Shown here piece after piece: positions 40,483-54,545 of a stretch of 64,000 nt of DNA. This DNA comes from Octopus sinensis (lineage: Eukaryota): NCBI RefSeq assembly GCF_006345805.1, contig NC_043020.1, positions 31,124,001 to 31,188,000 of the forward strand, in the 5' to 3' direction. The position numbers and the translations under genes are program-made. Within the stretch, counting starts at the first letter, position 1; each line of letters begins with the position of its first letter. Below the pieces are notes generated by a model that saw nothing but the letters and a program-made list of their open reading frames with translations, was not told the origin of the DNA and did no database searches.

Positions 40483-40670
40483 GTTTGTATGTCTGTTTAT
40501 CCCTCCAACACCGCTTGACAACCGGTGCTGGTGTCTTCATGTCCCCGTAACTTAGCGTTTCGTCAAAAGAGAAAATAGATTAAATACTAGGCCTACAAAA
40601 AATAAGTATTGGGTTCGAATTTCTCGAATAAAGGCGCTGCTGCGGCATGGAATATATATATGTGTATATA

Positions 40671-40719
<49 letters not shown>

Positions 40720-41308
40720 AGTGTGTGTGTTTGTAATGTCTGTTTATTTCTCGAACATCGTTGGACAACGGGTGCTGGTGTGTACAATTCCCCGCACTTA
40801 GCGGTTCGGGAAAAGGGACCGATAGTTTAAATACTAGGCCTACAAAGTATAAGTCCTGGGGTCGATTTGCACGATAAAGGCATTGCTCCACCATGGCCGC
40901 AGTCAAATAATTGAAAAATTAAGTGTGTAAAATAGAAAATAACCAGAAAAGTTTATATTCTCTGAACTACATCAATAAGGGAGATAACTGAAAATCAACT
41001 TTTAGAGTTACTTCCCTTGACATATTAATAAAAGACATGACAGTTTAAGATGTAGATGCGTTTATATTTCCCATGCGAAGGGCACATTTGCATTCGCGCA
41101 GGAAGATACAAACATACACATGCAAATTTTCTGTTGTTAACTTTAACAAATAAACATTATAATTTACATTTAATTACACCCGAAAACTATGTAAAGTACT
41201 CACCATATCTAGTACTACCCTTTGGACATGATCGGGTTTTTATTTTGTTTTAGATAGTATATATGCGTATGTGGGTATATACACGTGTATATGTATGAAT
41301 GCATGTAT

Positions 41309-41355
<47 letters not shown>

Positions 41356-41410
41356 GTATGTATATATATATTCATAAATTTATAATTATATATATATCTG
41401 TAGGTATATA

Positions 41411-41463
<53 letters not shown>

Positions 41464-41469
41464 TCAAAA

Positions 41470-44400
41470 ATGGAAGATAAAATTCCTGGAGGACTGGGTC
41501 GATGCCCATCCAAACCACATCCCTTTCTTCGTCCTCACTGAAACCCATCTTAGTAACCTCCACTTGGAAGCCGAGGTGAAAGTTAAAAATTTCAAAGCCA
41601 TTCGTGCTGATCGTGCTGGCAGAAGAAAGGGTGGGACTGCCATTTATGTTCATGATTCATTCTCAACAGAAGCTATGAACATATTTTCCAATGGATACTG
41701 CAATCACACTGATACTATCCACAATATTGCAGTGGAGAAAACTCTACTCTCCGACCATGACATGGTTCTCTGTGATCTGAGATTTCACCGGCCAAAATGC
41801 AAAACAAATGTCATCCCTCCTGTTCATCCATTTGACACTATGGATTTCCACAATGCAAACTGGGAAGCGATCAATAATGATCTTGTACAAGTCGATTGGT
41901 CCTTCACGCACACATACACACTCACTAACATCAAAAAGTCCTAGCAGTCATTTGTAGACACCATTACGAACAAGGCGCAGGAGTGGCTGTGTGGTTAGTA
42001 GCTTGCTAACCAACCACATGGTTCCGGGTTCAGTCCCACTGCGTGGCATCTTGGGCAAGTGTCTTCTGCTATAGCCCCGGGCCGACCAATGCCTTGTGAG
42101 TGGATTTGGTAGACGGAAACTGAAAGAAGCCTGTCGTATATATGTATATATATATGTGTGTGTGTGTATGTGTTTGTGTGACTGTGTTTGTCCCCCTAGC
42201 ATTGCTTGACAACCGATGCTAGTGTGTTTGCGTCTCCGTCACTTAGCGGTTCAGCAAAGGAGACCGATTGAATAAGTAATGGACTTACAAAGAATAAGTC
42301 CCGGGGTCGATTTCCTCGACTAAAGGTGGTGCTCCAATGACTGAAACAAGTAAAAGAGTAAAAGAGTAATATGTGCAAAACACACCCCATTAAGATCTGC
42401 AAACAAATCTAAGTGTCGAATCCCTAGAAATAGAAAATCTCTCATCAGGAAAATTAAAAGAATTAACAAAAAAAATCAACAAGCTGAGATACTGTCAACA
42501 GCAACACACCAACCTGACTGCCATCTCGTCACTAGAGATTAAAAAACATAAACTCCAAAACAACATATCTATCATCAATAGTCAGAGAAGAGCTGAAGAG
42601 GTCTGGGCCATTGAGAAGATCAAACTCAATCCCAAAGTGTTCTTTTCATTTGCAAAAAAACACAGAGTCACTGGTTCTACTGTTGGCCCTCTGATTGATG
42701 AAAATGGTACTCTTCAAGACAATGCCAAAACCATGGGAGAGATATTGCAGAAACAATATTGCTCTGTTTTCAGCAATCCTGATATGACTGATCTGGGCTG
42801 TATCAGTGATGTTACTCCTTAATGCACTTTATCGGACCTAACCTTTGGCGCTCCTGATGTCTTAGCACCAATAAAGGAAATGGACCAAAATTCAGCAGTA
42901 GGTCCCGATAGGTTCCCTGCTTGTGTCTTGAAGATGTGTCAACACCAACTTGCACCCCCTCTAGCCAATCTGTGGCGGAACTCACTGGATGCTGGATATA
43001 TACCAGAAGACCTTCTATCCCAGTCTGTTGTCCCAGTTTTCAAAAAAGGAAACAAATCGCTTGCCGTGAATTACCGTCCAATCTCACTCACCTCTCATAT
43101 CATTAAGGTATTTGAGAGAGTGCTGAGATCGCGTATGACTCACTTCCTCGAGAGTCATAATATGCTGAACTCCAACCAGCATGGATTCCGTAATAGAAGA
43201 GATTGCCTGACGCAGCTACTGCATCATTTTGATGACATTTTGAGAGCCTTGGGAGAGGGTTCCAACACTGATGTCATCTACCTTGATTTCAGCAAGGCCT
43301 TTGACAGGGTTGATCATAAGATCCTTTTGAGAAAGCTGTTCAATATTGGTGTCACTGGAAAGCTGCTGCAGTGGATCAAGTGCTTCCTGTCTAACAGAAC
43401 CCAACATGTTGTAGTCGAAGGAGTCAAATCCAGCCCAGCCAAAGTCAGCAGTGGTGTCCCACAAGGCACTGTGTTGGGCCCACTTCTCTTCATCATCTAC
43501 ATTATTGATATTACTGACACCATCAAACACAGTAACATCAGAACCTTCGCTGATGATTCCAAGCTCCAGAAGGTTATCAATGGCGTGGATGACCGAAAAA
43601 GCCTTCAGTCAGACTACTGGCTGTTGTCCAATGGGCAGAAAAGAACAACATGTTGCTAAACGAAGACAAATTCGAACTGATCCACTTTGGAAGGGAGGAC
43701 GCTCTGAAACTCCCATACTATCTTCCTTCTGGAGAAATACTCATGGCGTCTAACAACATCGGAGACTTGGGAGTAACAGTGGACAACAACATAAGCTGGG
43801 CTACACATATAAGCAGCAAAGTTGACATGGCCCGCAGAATGTGTTCCTGGATTCTCAGAACCTTCCAGTCGAGAGATTCTCACACCATTATCCTTCTTTT
43901 CTCCACTTTTGCCCGACCCCACCTTGAATACTGCTGTCCACTGTGGTCTCCCTGCACAAAACAAAATATTATGAGAATTGAAGCTCCCCAAAGGTCAATC
44001 ACAAAAAAGATAGATGGCATGTCAGACCTTGACTACTGGGGTAGACTACAGAAACTCAAACTGTATTCACTCCAACGACGCCGTGAACGCTACATTATCT
44101 GTATGATGTGGAAAATATTCCATCAGCACTGTCCGAATGATGTTGGCATCACCTTCAAAATACATCCAAGGCTTGGACCACGTGCCATCCGTCCACAACA
44201 AAAATCTAAATCGCATCACATAGCGACAATACGGCACAATTATTTCACCTCAATTGGACCCGCTCTCTTCAACATTACACCAGGACACGTCAAAACAGAA
44301 ACTGACCACACAAAATTCAAGAAGTCTTTGGACAAACTCCTTCAAACAGTCCCGGACAAACCACCCACACCCGGATATGTCTCCGTAAACAATAACTCTC

Positions 44401-44515
44401 TGCTCGAATAGGCCTCGGTGCCCAAATCCTGAATTGAAAGACTTCGCCAGTTGGTGCTATTAAGTTAGACATGGCCTGGGCCAATACTGGCCAAAACCTT
44501 TCTAAGTTATTCTAA

Positions 44516-44520
<5 letters not shown>
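41470..44520 (+). mobile_element. CR1-clade LINE ORF2 (partial EN plus RT), frameshifted
   Basis: RADRAGRRKGGTAIYV; YRPISLTS, QHGFR, YLDFSKAFD, VPQGTVLGP, FADD; LYSLQRRRERY; tail ttctaagttattctaag. Confidence 0.93.
41974..42369 (+). mobile_element. Full-length bipartite tRNA-derived SINE nested in the CR1
   Basis: ggcgcaggagTGGCTGTGTGG...GGTTCAGTCCC head and (aaagagt)n tail. The CR1 reading resumes after it. Confidence 0.9.
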
Positions 44521-44553
<33 letters not shown>

Positions 44554-44574
44554 TATATATATATATATATATAG

Positions 44575-44630
<56 letters not shown>

Positions 44631-44631
44631 A

Positions 44632-44667
<36 letters not shown>

Positions 44668-44672
<5 letters not shown>

Positions 44673-45796
44673 GAGCCTGTTGAGTGCCGAGCAGTGATTC
44701 GGTTTTTGTATTTGAAAGGACGCACACCACAGGAGACTTTTGATGAAATGAAAGTAACTTATGGTGATGATGCCCCATCATATGACCTTGTAAAACGCTG
44801 GCATCGTGAATTCAAACATGGTCGGAACTCTGTGGAAACAGCTCCCAGATCTGGTCGCCGCCTTCTGCCATTGATGAGGCATCTGTCTGTCAAGTTGAGG
44901 CTGCCATTTTGGAAGATCGACGCATAACTATTCGCCAAATAGCCCATCAGGTCAAGATTAGTACCGGGTCTGTGGAAACTATCATTCATGACCATTTGCA
45001 TATGAAAAAGGTGTCTGCCAGATGGATTCCCAGGTTGCTCACACCTTTCCAGAAGCAAGAACGTGTCGATTGCTCGAGGGTGAATTTGGAGATGTGCCAA
45101 GAAGATGAGTCAAAATTTTTCAAAAGACTGATTACACAGGATGAAACCTGGGTCCATCACTATGATCCAGAGTCCAAAGCCCAGTCAATGCAGTGGAAGC
45201 ACCGTGACTCACCTCCTCCAAAGAAGGCAAGGGTGCAGCCCTCCGCTGACAAGGTCAGGCTCACAGTCTTCTGGGACCAGGACGGAGTAGTGATGACAGA
45301 TTTCCTGGCAAAGGGTGTCACAATTACAGGAGTCTATTATGCTTCACTTTTGAGGAAATTAAGAGAAGCTATCAAAATCAAGAGGCGGGGCAAGATCAGC
45401 AAAGGCATCCTCCTCCTGCAGGACAACGCTCCGATCCACAACTCGTGTGTCGCCAGATCAGAAGCACAGGCGTGCGGCTATGAACTCATCCCCCATTCCC
45501 CCTACTCTCCTGACCTTGCACCCTCTGATTTTCACCTCTTCCCAGCCATGAAGTTGTTTTTGAAAGGAAAGCGTTTCCCAGATGATGCAGCCTTGATTTC
45601 TGAAGTCACGTCGTGGTTGGAGGACCAAGCTGGGGTCTTCTACAAAAATGGTCTTCAGAGCTGCATCAAACGATGGAAGAAATGCGTAACTCTGGGTGGT
45701 TCCTATGTAGAAAAAGACTAATAACTGTGCCAAGTTTCGTTGCTCTACTGCTATGGGAAGTGGGCCAGGGGCATTACTTATTGAACGCCCCTCGTA
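44668..45796 (+). mobile_element. Mariner (DD34D) transposon, near-complete transposase with one frameshift
   Basis: ATG 44670 to stop 45721. WIPRLL, TQDETW, LQDNAP, YSPDLAPSDF with 34 aa between the 2nd and 3rd D. 1-nt deletion near 44860. Right TIR ends cccctcgTA. Confidence 0.95.
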
Positions 45797-45953
45797 TATA
45801 CATGCATATAACTATGTATATATGTATGTAAGCATATATATATATAGGATATATGCGTGTGTGGGTAAATACACGTATATACGTATGTATGTATATATAA
45901 ATATATCTATGTATGTATATGTATGTATATATATATGTATGTATATATATATG

Positions 45954-46002
<49 letters not shown>

Positions 46003-46632
46003 TGTATGTATGTATATATATATATGTATGTATATATATATATGTATGTATATATATTATGTATGTATATATATATATGTATGTATATATATATATGTAT
46101 GTATATATATATATGTATGTATAATATATATGTATGTATATATATATATGTATGTATATATATATATATGTATGTATGTATATATACATGTATATATATA
46201 TATGTATGTATGTATATATACATATATATATATATGTATGTATTATATATATATATATATATTATGTATATATGTATGTATGCATATATACATATATATA
46301 TTTATGTATATGTATGTATATGTATGTATATATATATATATTTGTATGTATGAGTATATATATATATGTATGTATGTATATATACATATATATATTATGT
46401 ATATATGTATGTATGCATATATATATATATTGTATGTATGAGTATATATATATATGTATGATATATATATATATATATATATTTATGTATATATGTATGT
46501 ATGCATATATATATATATTGTATGTATGAGTATATATATATATGTATGTATGTATATATACATATATATATTTATGTATATATGTATGTATGCATATATA
46601 TATATATTTGTATGTATGAGTATATATATATA

Positions 46633-46670
<38 letters not shown>
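45797..46670. repeat. Compound (TA)/(TATG) microsatellite, ~870 bp
   Basis: Direct reading. Confidence 0.95.
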
Positions 46671-46673
<3 letters not shown>

Positions 46674-48162
46674 CGAGCACAGCCTTTAGACAAACATAAC
46701 GTACCCCAGGACTTATTCTTTCGAAGCCTTGTACTTCTATCTTTTTTACTCTTTTGCGGAACCGTAAAGTTAGCGGGGCATATGTGTGTGTTGTGCTCAC
46801 CCACAAACACACATACCTCCGAACACGCACACATAGATACATGCAAAGATACACACTTGTTGCTATTTATGCTTTAAATATGTTGACCATAAAACTGTTA
46901 CGTTCTGAAGAAATGTATGTGTGTGCTTTCATTTCTGTGTCTGTGTGTGAGCGCGCATGTGTGACAGTGTTTCCAGTTCAATGTTTGTGCCTGCGCATGT
47001 GTGTGTGAGTGAGGGAGTGTGTAAATGTGTATTTTGATTTCTCGGTGCGTGTGTGAGTGTGTAACTGTTTTCATTTCTGTGTGTATGTGCGTACGTTTGT
47101 GTGTGACTATTTTCATTTCTGTGTGTGTGTTTGTGCGCGTGTGAGTGTGTGAGTGTTTGGATGTGTAACTGTGTATTTTCATTTCTATGTATGTGTGTGT
47201 GTGTTTGTGCATGTGTGTGTGTGTGTGAGTGTGTAACTATGTTTTCATTTCTGTGTGTGTGTTTGTGCGCGTGTGAGTGTGTGAGTGTGTGGGTATTTTC
47301 ATTTCAGTGTGTGTGTGTGAGTGTGTGAGTGTTTGGATGTGTAACTGTGTATTTTCATTTCTGTGTTTGTCCGTGTGTGTGAGTGTGTGAGTGTGTGAGT
47401 GTGTGAGTGTTTGGATGTGTAGCTGTGTATTATCATTTCTATGTGTGCGTGTGTGTGTGTGTGTGTTTGTGCGTATGTGAGTGTGTGTCTGTGTGTGAGT
47501 ATTTTTTTCAGTATTTGTGTGTGGGGGACTGTTTTCATTTATGTGTGTGTGTGTGAGTGTGTGGGTATTTTCATTTCAGTGTTTGTGTGTGTGTGTGAGA
47601 ATGTTTTCATTTCTGTGTTTGCGTGTGTGTGAGTGACTGTGTGTTTTTATTCGTTTGTGTGTGTGCGACAATTACAACTACAACAAACACTTTAACCATT
47701 TCTAAGATACCCACATTTGCAGATCACTAACTACTAAATCAAAAGAAGTTCAATTTATTGCACTTTTAGTGACTTCAGAAGTTGCTCATATTTTTCTCAT
47801 ATGGCGACAATGCATTAATTTCACAAGTGGATAAAACAAATTCTCATACTGGCGTGGAGAGGGCTGATATTCTAGCTGCGAGTGCTAAGTACCCAATGCC
47901 CCCCGTATCTACATACTGGATCGGTCATAATTGGTCTCATTCGGAGATCTCTCGGGTGTGGAATATTTATGACTATAGAAGTTAACTTGTTACAGGTTTT
48001 GTTTATGGCCTAACTTTTGTATATTTTGGGAAGTCCACAGACGTTACTGGCTTTGCAGTCAAACCTACTCAAGTAATTTGTCTCCTTTTTTGTTAAATCT
48101 TGTTGGAACTGGTGGATAAGAGTAGACAGTTTGGTCATTATCTTCGATTGACTGTAGTTGTT

Positions 48163-50181
48163 TCAATCTCTGTCTACAGAATTTCAATCTCTGTCTACTT
48201 CTGAAATAGATGCTGAGAACATTGAGGAAGTATACAGCAGCCTCATCAAATCAACAGAGGAAGTTGCATTGGCTACTCTTCCCAAAAGGAAGAGTAGGGG
48301 CCAGAGCAAACCTTCTAATTCCCCAAATGTCATCGAAGCCAGAAACCATCTATATTACTAGCTTACCACCGTTCTCCATCCCAGTTACTGAAGATCCAAC
48401 TCATAGCTGCCAGGAAGAATCTTGATGAGGCTTACTTGAACGCCGAGGTCGAATTTATCAATGGCAAAATTAGTAAACTATCGAAAGAGCACATTAGTAA
48501 AAAACACCATCTCGCCTGGAAATCCATCAAAGACCTATCAGGCAAAAATTCTGGGTCATCAATTAGAATTAAAGGGGGATCAGCTAAGAAGCGTTTAGAA
48601 AATTGGTCAACCCATTTTAAAAACCTCCTTGGGAAGAATGCCAAAATCCCTGATAACCCCACTCTCCCAAGTGTGCCTATATCAGACACGCTGGACATCA
48701 ACACCTCCCCTTTTACCATATTTGAACTAACAGCAGCCACCAAGCAACTAAAAGCCTCGAAAGCATTTGGTCCCGACAACATTCCGGCTGTGATTTGGAA
48801 GGATGATAGATTTCACACACTTTTGCTCAACCTCTGCAACCACACACTTTCCACCTTTGTCGCTCCAAAGATTTGGCACCAATCTCAAATTATTCCAATA
48901 CCCAAAAAAGGCGATTTGTCCCTCGTCACCAACTACAGGGGCATATCTTTAATGTCAATTGCTGCAAAACTGTACAACAAACTGATCCTAAATCGTCTTG
49001 TCCTTTTTGTTGAACCTTTGCTCCGAAAGAACCAAAATGGATTCAGACATGGGCGCTCAACGCTGAGCCAGATACTATGCCTGCGCAGACTTATTGAAGA
49101 ATCAAAAGCATTTAATCGCGATCTTGCAATGGTATTTGTAGACTTTTCTAAAGCGTTCGATTCTGTAGATAGGTGCAAGATGTTTGAAATCCTTAAGCTC
49201 TATGGGATACCAGACAAAATTATTTCTGCCATCAAGGTCCTCTACACAGATACGTCTTCAACCATCTTAACCACTGATGGAGAAACATCATCTTTCTCAA
49301 TCGAAGCCGGAATACTGCAGGGAGACACACTCGCCCCATTTCTTTTCATCATTGTTGTTGATTATGTGCTACGTATGTCAGTTGATACCATCTCTGGCAA
49401 GGGCTTTGAAATAAAACCAAGAAGAAGTTCCAGACACCCAGCTGAGTACTTGACAGACACTGACTTTGCTGACGACATCGCTCTTATCAGTGATTCTCTC
49501 TCCAATGCCCAGTCTCTTTTACAATCTCTTGAACAAGCCTCAAATTGTGTAGGTCTTTACCTCAATGAGGCCAAAACTGAATACATAAACAAGTGCCTGT
49601 CCAACAGTGACTGCATCATCCACACTCTCAACAGTGCGCCTTTAAATATGGTTTCTGATTATAAATATCTTGGGTTATACATATCATCATCTGCAAAAGA
49701 CTTTCTAACTAGAAAGGGTATGGCCTGGTCAGCCTGTAATGACATGCATAAGATCTGGTCATCAAATCTAAGTAGAGACTTCAAACTTGAAATATTCAAA
49801 GCCACAGTTGAACCAATCCTACTATATGGCTCAGAAACCTGGACGTTATCAAAGAAGCTTGAGAGGCGGTTGGATGGAACCTACACTCGCCTCCTTATGA
49901 GAGCTCAAAATCTCTCGTGGAGGCGCCATCCAACCAAAATGCAAATATATGGGAAATTACCACCTGTGTCATCTCTTGTGAAAGGTAGGAGAGTCCAGTT
50001 TGCTGGACATTGTTGTAGAGCTGAAAAAGAAGTAATTTCTACTCTTCTCCTCTGGAAGCCATCTACTCGCAACACCAGAGGGCGCACACTCTCCTACCCT
50101 GATGTAATCTCCAGGGATACAGGCATCCAGCAACAGGACCTCCGTAATGCTATGATGGACCGTGAACAATGATGATGATGA
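48163..50181 (+). mobile_element. 5'-truncated RTE-group LINE with open 578-aa RT ORF and 10-bp TSD
   Basis: ORF 48436..50172: YRGISL, QNGFR, FVDFSKAFDSV, GILQGDTLAP, FADD, LLYGSETW. (GAT)n tail. TSD tgtagttgtt at 48153-62 and 50182-91. Confidence 0.93.
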
Positions 50182-50323
50182 TGTAGTTGTTGATTTTCAA
50201 CCGATGCTGGTGTGTTTTCCTCCCTGTATTTTAGCGGTTCGGGAAAAGAGAATAAGAATAAATACTAGGCTTACAAAGAATAAGTGCTGCGGACGTACTG
50301 CTCGTCTAAAGGCGGTGCTCCAG

Positions 50324-50365
<42 letters not shown>

Positions 50366-50714
50366 CAGATTTACGTGTATATACCCACACACGCATATAT
50401 ACTATCTAAAACAAAAAAGAAACTTGATTATGTCCGAAGGGTAGTACTAGATAATATCATTACTTTATATATTTGTGGGGCGTAATGAAAAGTAAATGAT
50501 GAGCTAGTCAATGTTTATTTGTTAAAGGTACCAGCAGATTACTTGCATGTGTATGTGTGTCTGTACGTGCGCGCATGCTCGTGTCCCCTTTCGCAAGCGA
50601 AAAACAAACACACCTATTACAGAAATTGCATGAAACGTATTATATGTTAGGGAAGTAACTCTTAGGAGATATTTTCAGCTATCTCCCTAGTGAACAGGTC
50701 ATAGACTTTTGTCG

Positions 50715-50964
50715 CTATATACTCTTTTACTCTCATTTACTCGTTTCAGTAATTTGACTGTGGCCATGCTGCAGCACCACATTTAGTCGAACATATTGAC
50801 CCCAGGACTTATTCTTTGTAGGCATAGTAATTATTTATCGGTCTCTTTCGCTGAAACTCTAAGTCACGGGGACGTAAACAGACTAGCATCAGTTGTAAAG
50901 CGATGCTTGGGGACAAACACAGACATACAACACACACACACACACACAACACACACACACACAC

Positions 50965-50999
<35 letters not shown>

Positions 51000-51290
51000 A
51001 ACACATATACGACTGGGTTATTTCAGTTTCCTTCCACCAAATCCAATCACAAAGTTTGGGTCGGTCCGGAGCTATAGTAGAAGACAATTGCACATGATGC
51101 CAGGCAGTGGGAATGAACCCGAAAATATGTGGTTCGTAAGCAAACTACTTACCACACAGCCATTCCTGCGCCTATATTCATATATCCGACGAACTTCTTT
51201 CAGTTTCCGTCTCCCAAATCCACTCAGAAGTCTTTGGTCGGCTCGAGGCTATAGTTGAAAACACTTCACGAAGGAGCCACGCGTACCCAC
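50715..51290 (-). mobile_element. Bipartite SINE plus a second SINE head in tandem
   Basis: Reverse complement of the 41974 family. The tandem head pair is paralogous to 34600-34900. Confidence 0.8.
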
Positions 51291-52161
51291 ACCCTGACCA
51301 CGGCTTTCAACCGATTCTGATGAAACTTGACACACACATAGCCCAATGTCATAATTCAAAACTAACACAGCGAAAATTTTGAAAAGTTCCCCCAGTTCTG
51401 AAAAAATCGATAGATTCGACATGGGGTCAAGAATCTAAGCTTTTCATATGCAACACATTTTCCGTTGTAGTTTTTGCAACTTGCAATCGATTTTCACCAA
51501 ACTCATAGTGAAGCTTAATGTTACCCTAAGGAACTTAATTCTGGCGTAAGTTTTCCATGCAATCAGAAAAAATCGATAAAATCATGCCATTTTGGGAAAT
51601 CGCGTTCAAATTCAAGATGACATATTTTCAACAATATCTTTAACAAATTGGCAGGAATTTTTTATGAAATTCACAGCGAGCATCATGTCTGCTCCAAGGA
51701 GCTATATGGCCCTTTTGATTCCAATAGGATACGTTATTACTGGAAAAAATCGGTTAATTACATCATATGTGGCACACATAGCAAACCGATTTTTCTGCGA
51801 TATTTTTTGAAAGTTCACATAGATTTTCCCTACACCGACGTTGCATTAAATGTCAAACTAACGACCTTTTGTCAATGCAGTTAACAAGTATTGGGAGAAA
51901 TCAACAAAACCATATCACTTTGAGACCGACCATGCGAACCCTACAAAACTGACTTTTGTTAAATAGTTGGCGGATTTCAGGCGATTTAGTCGATTTATGC
52001 CGCTTTTATCATAAAGGTTACTAGAAATGGCATATGTTTTCCTTTTGCTTCAAATCCGAGCAATGTTGGGCTGTAGATGCGTTAAGTTAGGATTAGGTAG
52101 GGCTCAGCTGTGGTCCGAACCCAACTTGGGTTCTAGGGGGCAACGGCGGGCTATGCTGCTA

Positions 52162-52162
<1 letters not shown>
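51290..52162 (+). mobile_element. Non-autonomous Helitron/Helentron-like element
   Basis: caaccgattctgatgaaacttgacacacac motif near the start. The 3' end gggcaacggcggg...gCTAG is followed by T of (TA)n. Confidence 0.6.
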
Positions 52163-52254
<92 letters not shown>

Positions 52255-52259
52255 TGTGT

Positions 52260-53890
52260 GTGCTGGTCCAGATGGTTTCCCAGCCATCCTCCTCAAAGCG
52301 TGTAAGCATGCCCTGGCAAAACCCCTCAAGATTCTCTTCCAGAGCTTTCTTGCGAATGGCAAACTGCCAAGCAGGCTGAAGGAGGGAATAATATACCCAA
52401 TACATAAAGGGGGAAGTAGGGCAGATGCCCAAAACTATAGGCCTATCTCTCTGACCTCACACATCAGCAAAGTCATGGAACGGATAGTCAGAAAGAAACT
52501 AATCGCATTCCTTGAGGAAAATAACTTGCTGAGTGATACCCAGCATGGTTTTCGACCAGGTAGGAGCCGCCTGACCCAGCTCTTACAACATTATGATGAG
52601 TGTTGAGGCAGTTACTCAACAAATCAAATGTGGACGTAATCTACCTTGATTTTGTAAAAGCTTCTGACAAGGTGGATAATGGTATGATATGCCACCAACT
52701 GCGTGACCTCGGCATAGCTGGAAAACTTGGAGTGTGGTTACATGACTTCCTGAAAGATAGGAGTCAGGCAGTAGTGGTTAATGGAGCCACCTCTATGAAC
52801 ACACAAATAGTGAGCGATGTTCCACAGGGCACTGTCTTGGGACCACTGCTTTTTATAGTGGCCCTCTCAGATATGCCCTCAAATGCCCGGATAGCCACTC
52901 TGGCCAGCTATGCAGAAAATACAGAAAATGCAGAAAGTCTCGCAGAAAATACAGAACCCCAGCGATGTTGCACACCTGCAGCAGGAGTTGGACTAAATCT
53001 ACAGATGGGCTGAGGATAATAATATGCAGTTTAATGCTGAAACATTCCAGGCCCTGCGCTACCAGCATCCAAAACTGAATATTAAACTTACAGGATACAT
53101 CGGTCCACAGGGAATTTCAATCCTAGAACCTAAGTCTGTGAGGGACCTGGGTATCGACATGAGTGATGATAACTCTTTCCAAGTGCACATTAGCCGGATA
53201 GCGACAAAGTGCAGACGACTGGCTGGGTGGATCCTAAGAACATTCAGAACCAGAGATAAGGAAACCATGATGGTCCTCTGGCGGACATTCGTCCTCAGCC
53301 GCCTGGATTACTGCTCACAACTATGGTCACCCACCAGTGTAAAATTAACAGCGGACCTTGAAGCAATCCAGAGAAGATTTACAAAGAAGATCCTCTCTTT
53401 GCAACAGCTCAGCAACTGGGAAAGGTTGAAACAGCTAAGACTCTACTCCCTGGAGAGAAGACGGGAGAGGTATGCAGTAATATATGTTTGGAAGATCCTG
53501 GAAGGAATTGTACCAAATTTTGGCATTGTAAGCTACACCAATGCTAGAACGGGACGACACTGCATAGTGCCAAATATCCCAGCAATGCCATCACGCTTCA
53601 GGACCAGCTTCTGCAACAGCCTGGGTTTCAAGGGCCCACAGCTTTTTAATATTCTCCCAAAGAGTCTGAGGAACTTGCACAAAGTAGATGTAGAGGCTTT
53701 TAAATCAAAGCTAGACCTCTTCCTGTCGAGAGTCCCAGATGAGCCTACCTCACGGCAAGAGGTGCAAATGAGGGTAGCTATATGAAATTCCATTCTTCAC
53801 CAAGTGCCACATATTAGACGAGGTTCTTCGCAATAACAGTGTAGCACAAAACGGCGGTGCATCAGCATGACCGCAGCTCTGAGCTGATAC
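52260..53890 (+). mobile_element. 5'-truncated CR1 LINE, degenerate RT
   Basis: GPDGFP, YRPISLTS, QHGFRPGRS, YLDF, VPQGTVLGP, LYSLERRRERY; stops and frameshifts. Confidence 0.92.
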
Positions 53891-53940
53891 TAGAGAAAAA
53901 TATATATATATATATGTGTATGTATATATATATATATGTG

Positions 53941-54011
<71 letters not shown>

Positions 54012-54131
54012 ATTCATGGAGCAAGTTGTACTCAAACCAACTAGGGCGAATAACATATATATATAGTCTTTATACTCTTTTATTTGTTTGTCATTTGACT
54101 GTGGCCATGCTGGAGCACCACCTTTATCACC

Positions 54132-54545
54132 TTGGGCTAGGAAAGATACTAGAAACTTTTGGGATATAACTATGGGGGCAACAGATTCTGCTCAGGATAC
54201 TGATTTAGTAGGTATTTATTATCAGAACTTCAATTATAATGATAAATTATGATCTAGGAAAGATACTAGAAGCTTTTTAGATATACCTTTGGGAGCATCA
54301 GATTCTGCTCAGGCTAATGATTTACTAGGTATTTATTTATTATCAGAACTTCAATTATAATAATAAATTATGGGCTAAGAAAGATACTAGAAACTGTTTT
54401 GATATACCTATGGGGTCACCAGATTCTGCTCAGGCTACTGATTTAGTAGGTATTAATTTATTATCAGAACTTCAATTATAATAATAAATTATGGGCTAGG
54501 AAAGATACTAGAAGCTTTTTTGATATACCTATGGGGTCACCAGAT
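54132..54545. repeat. ~120-bp minisatellite, ~3.5 copies
   Basis: Anchor cta(g/a)gaaagatactag at 54137, 54254, 54375, 54496. Confidence 0.9.

Noticed and set aside
13117-42130. tRNA genes
   Set aside because: A/B-box heads lack complete cloverleafs and continue into SINE bodies.
44512-46846. Long Y/I/C/V/H/T-rich ORFs here and throughout the track
   Set aside because: Translations of (TA)n, (CA)n, (GA)n and (TATG)n microsatellites.
36939-47985. Paired small ORFs ISQVDKTNSHTGVE...WNIYDYRS (36939..37139, 47782..47985)
   Set aside because: By eye, differences are mostly non-synonymous, the N-termini differ and the third copy is truncated. There is no sign of purifying selection.
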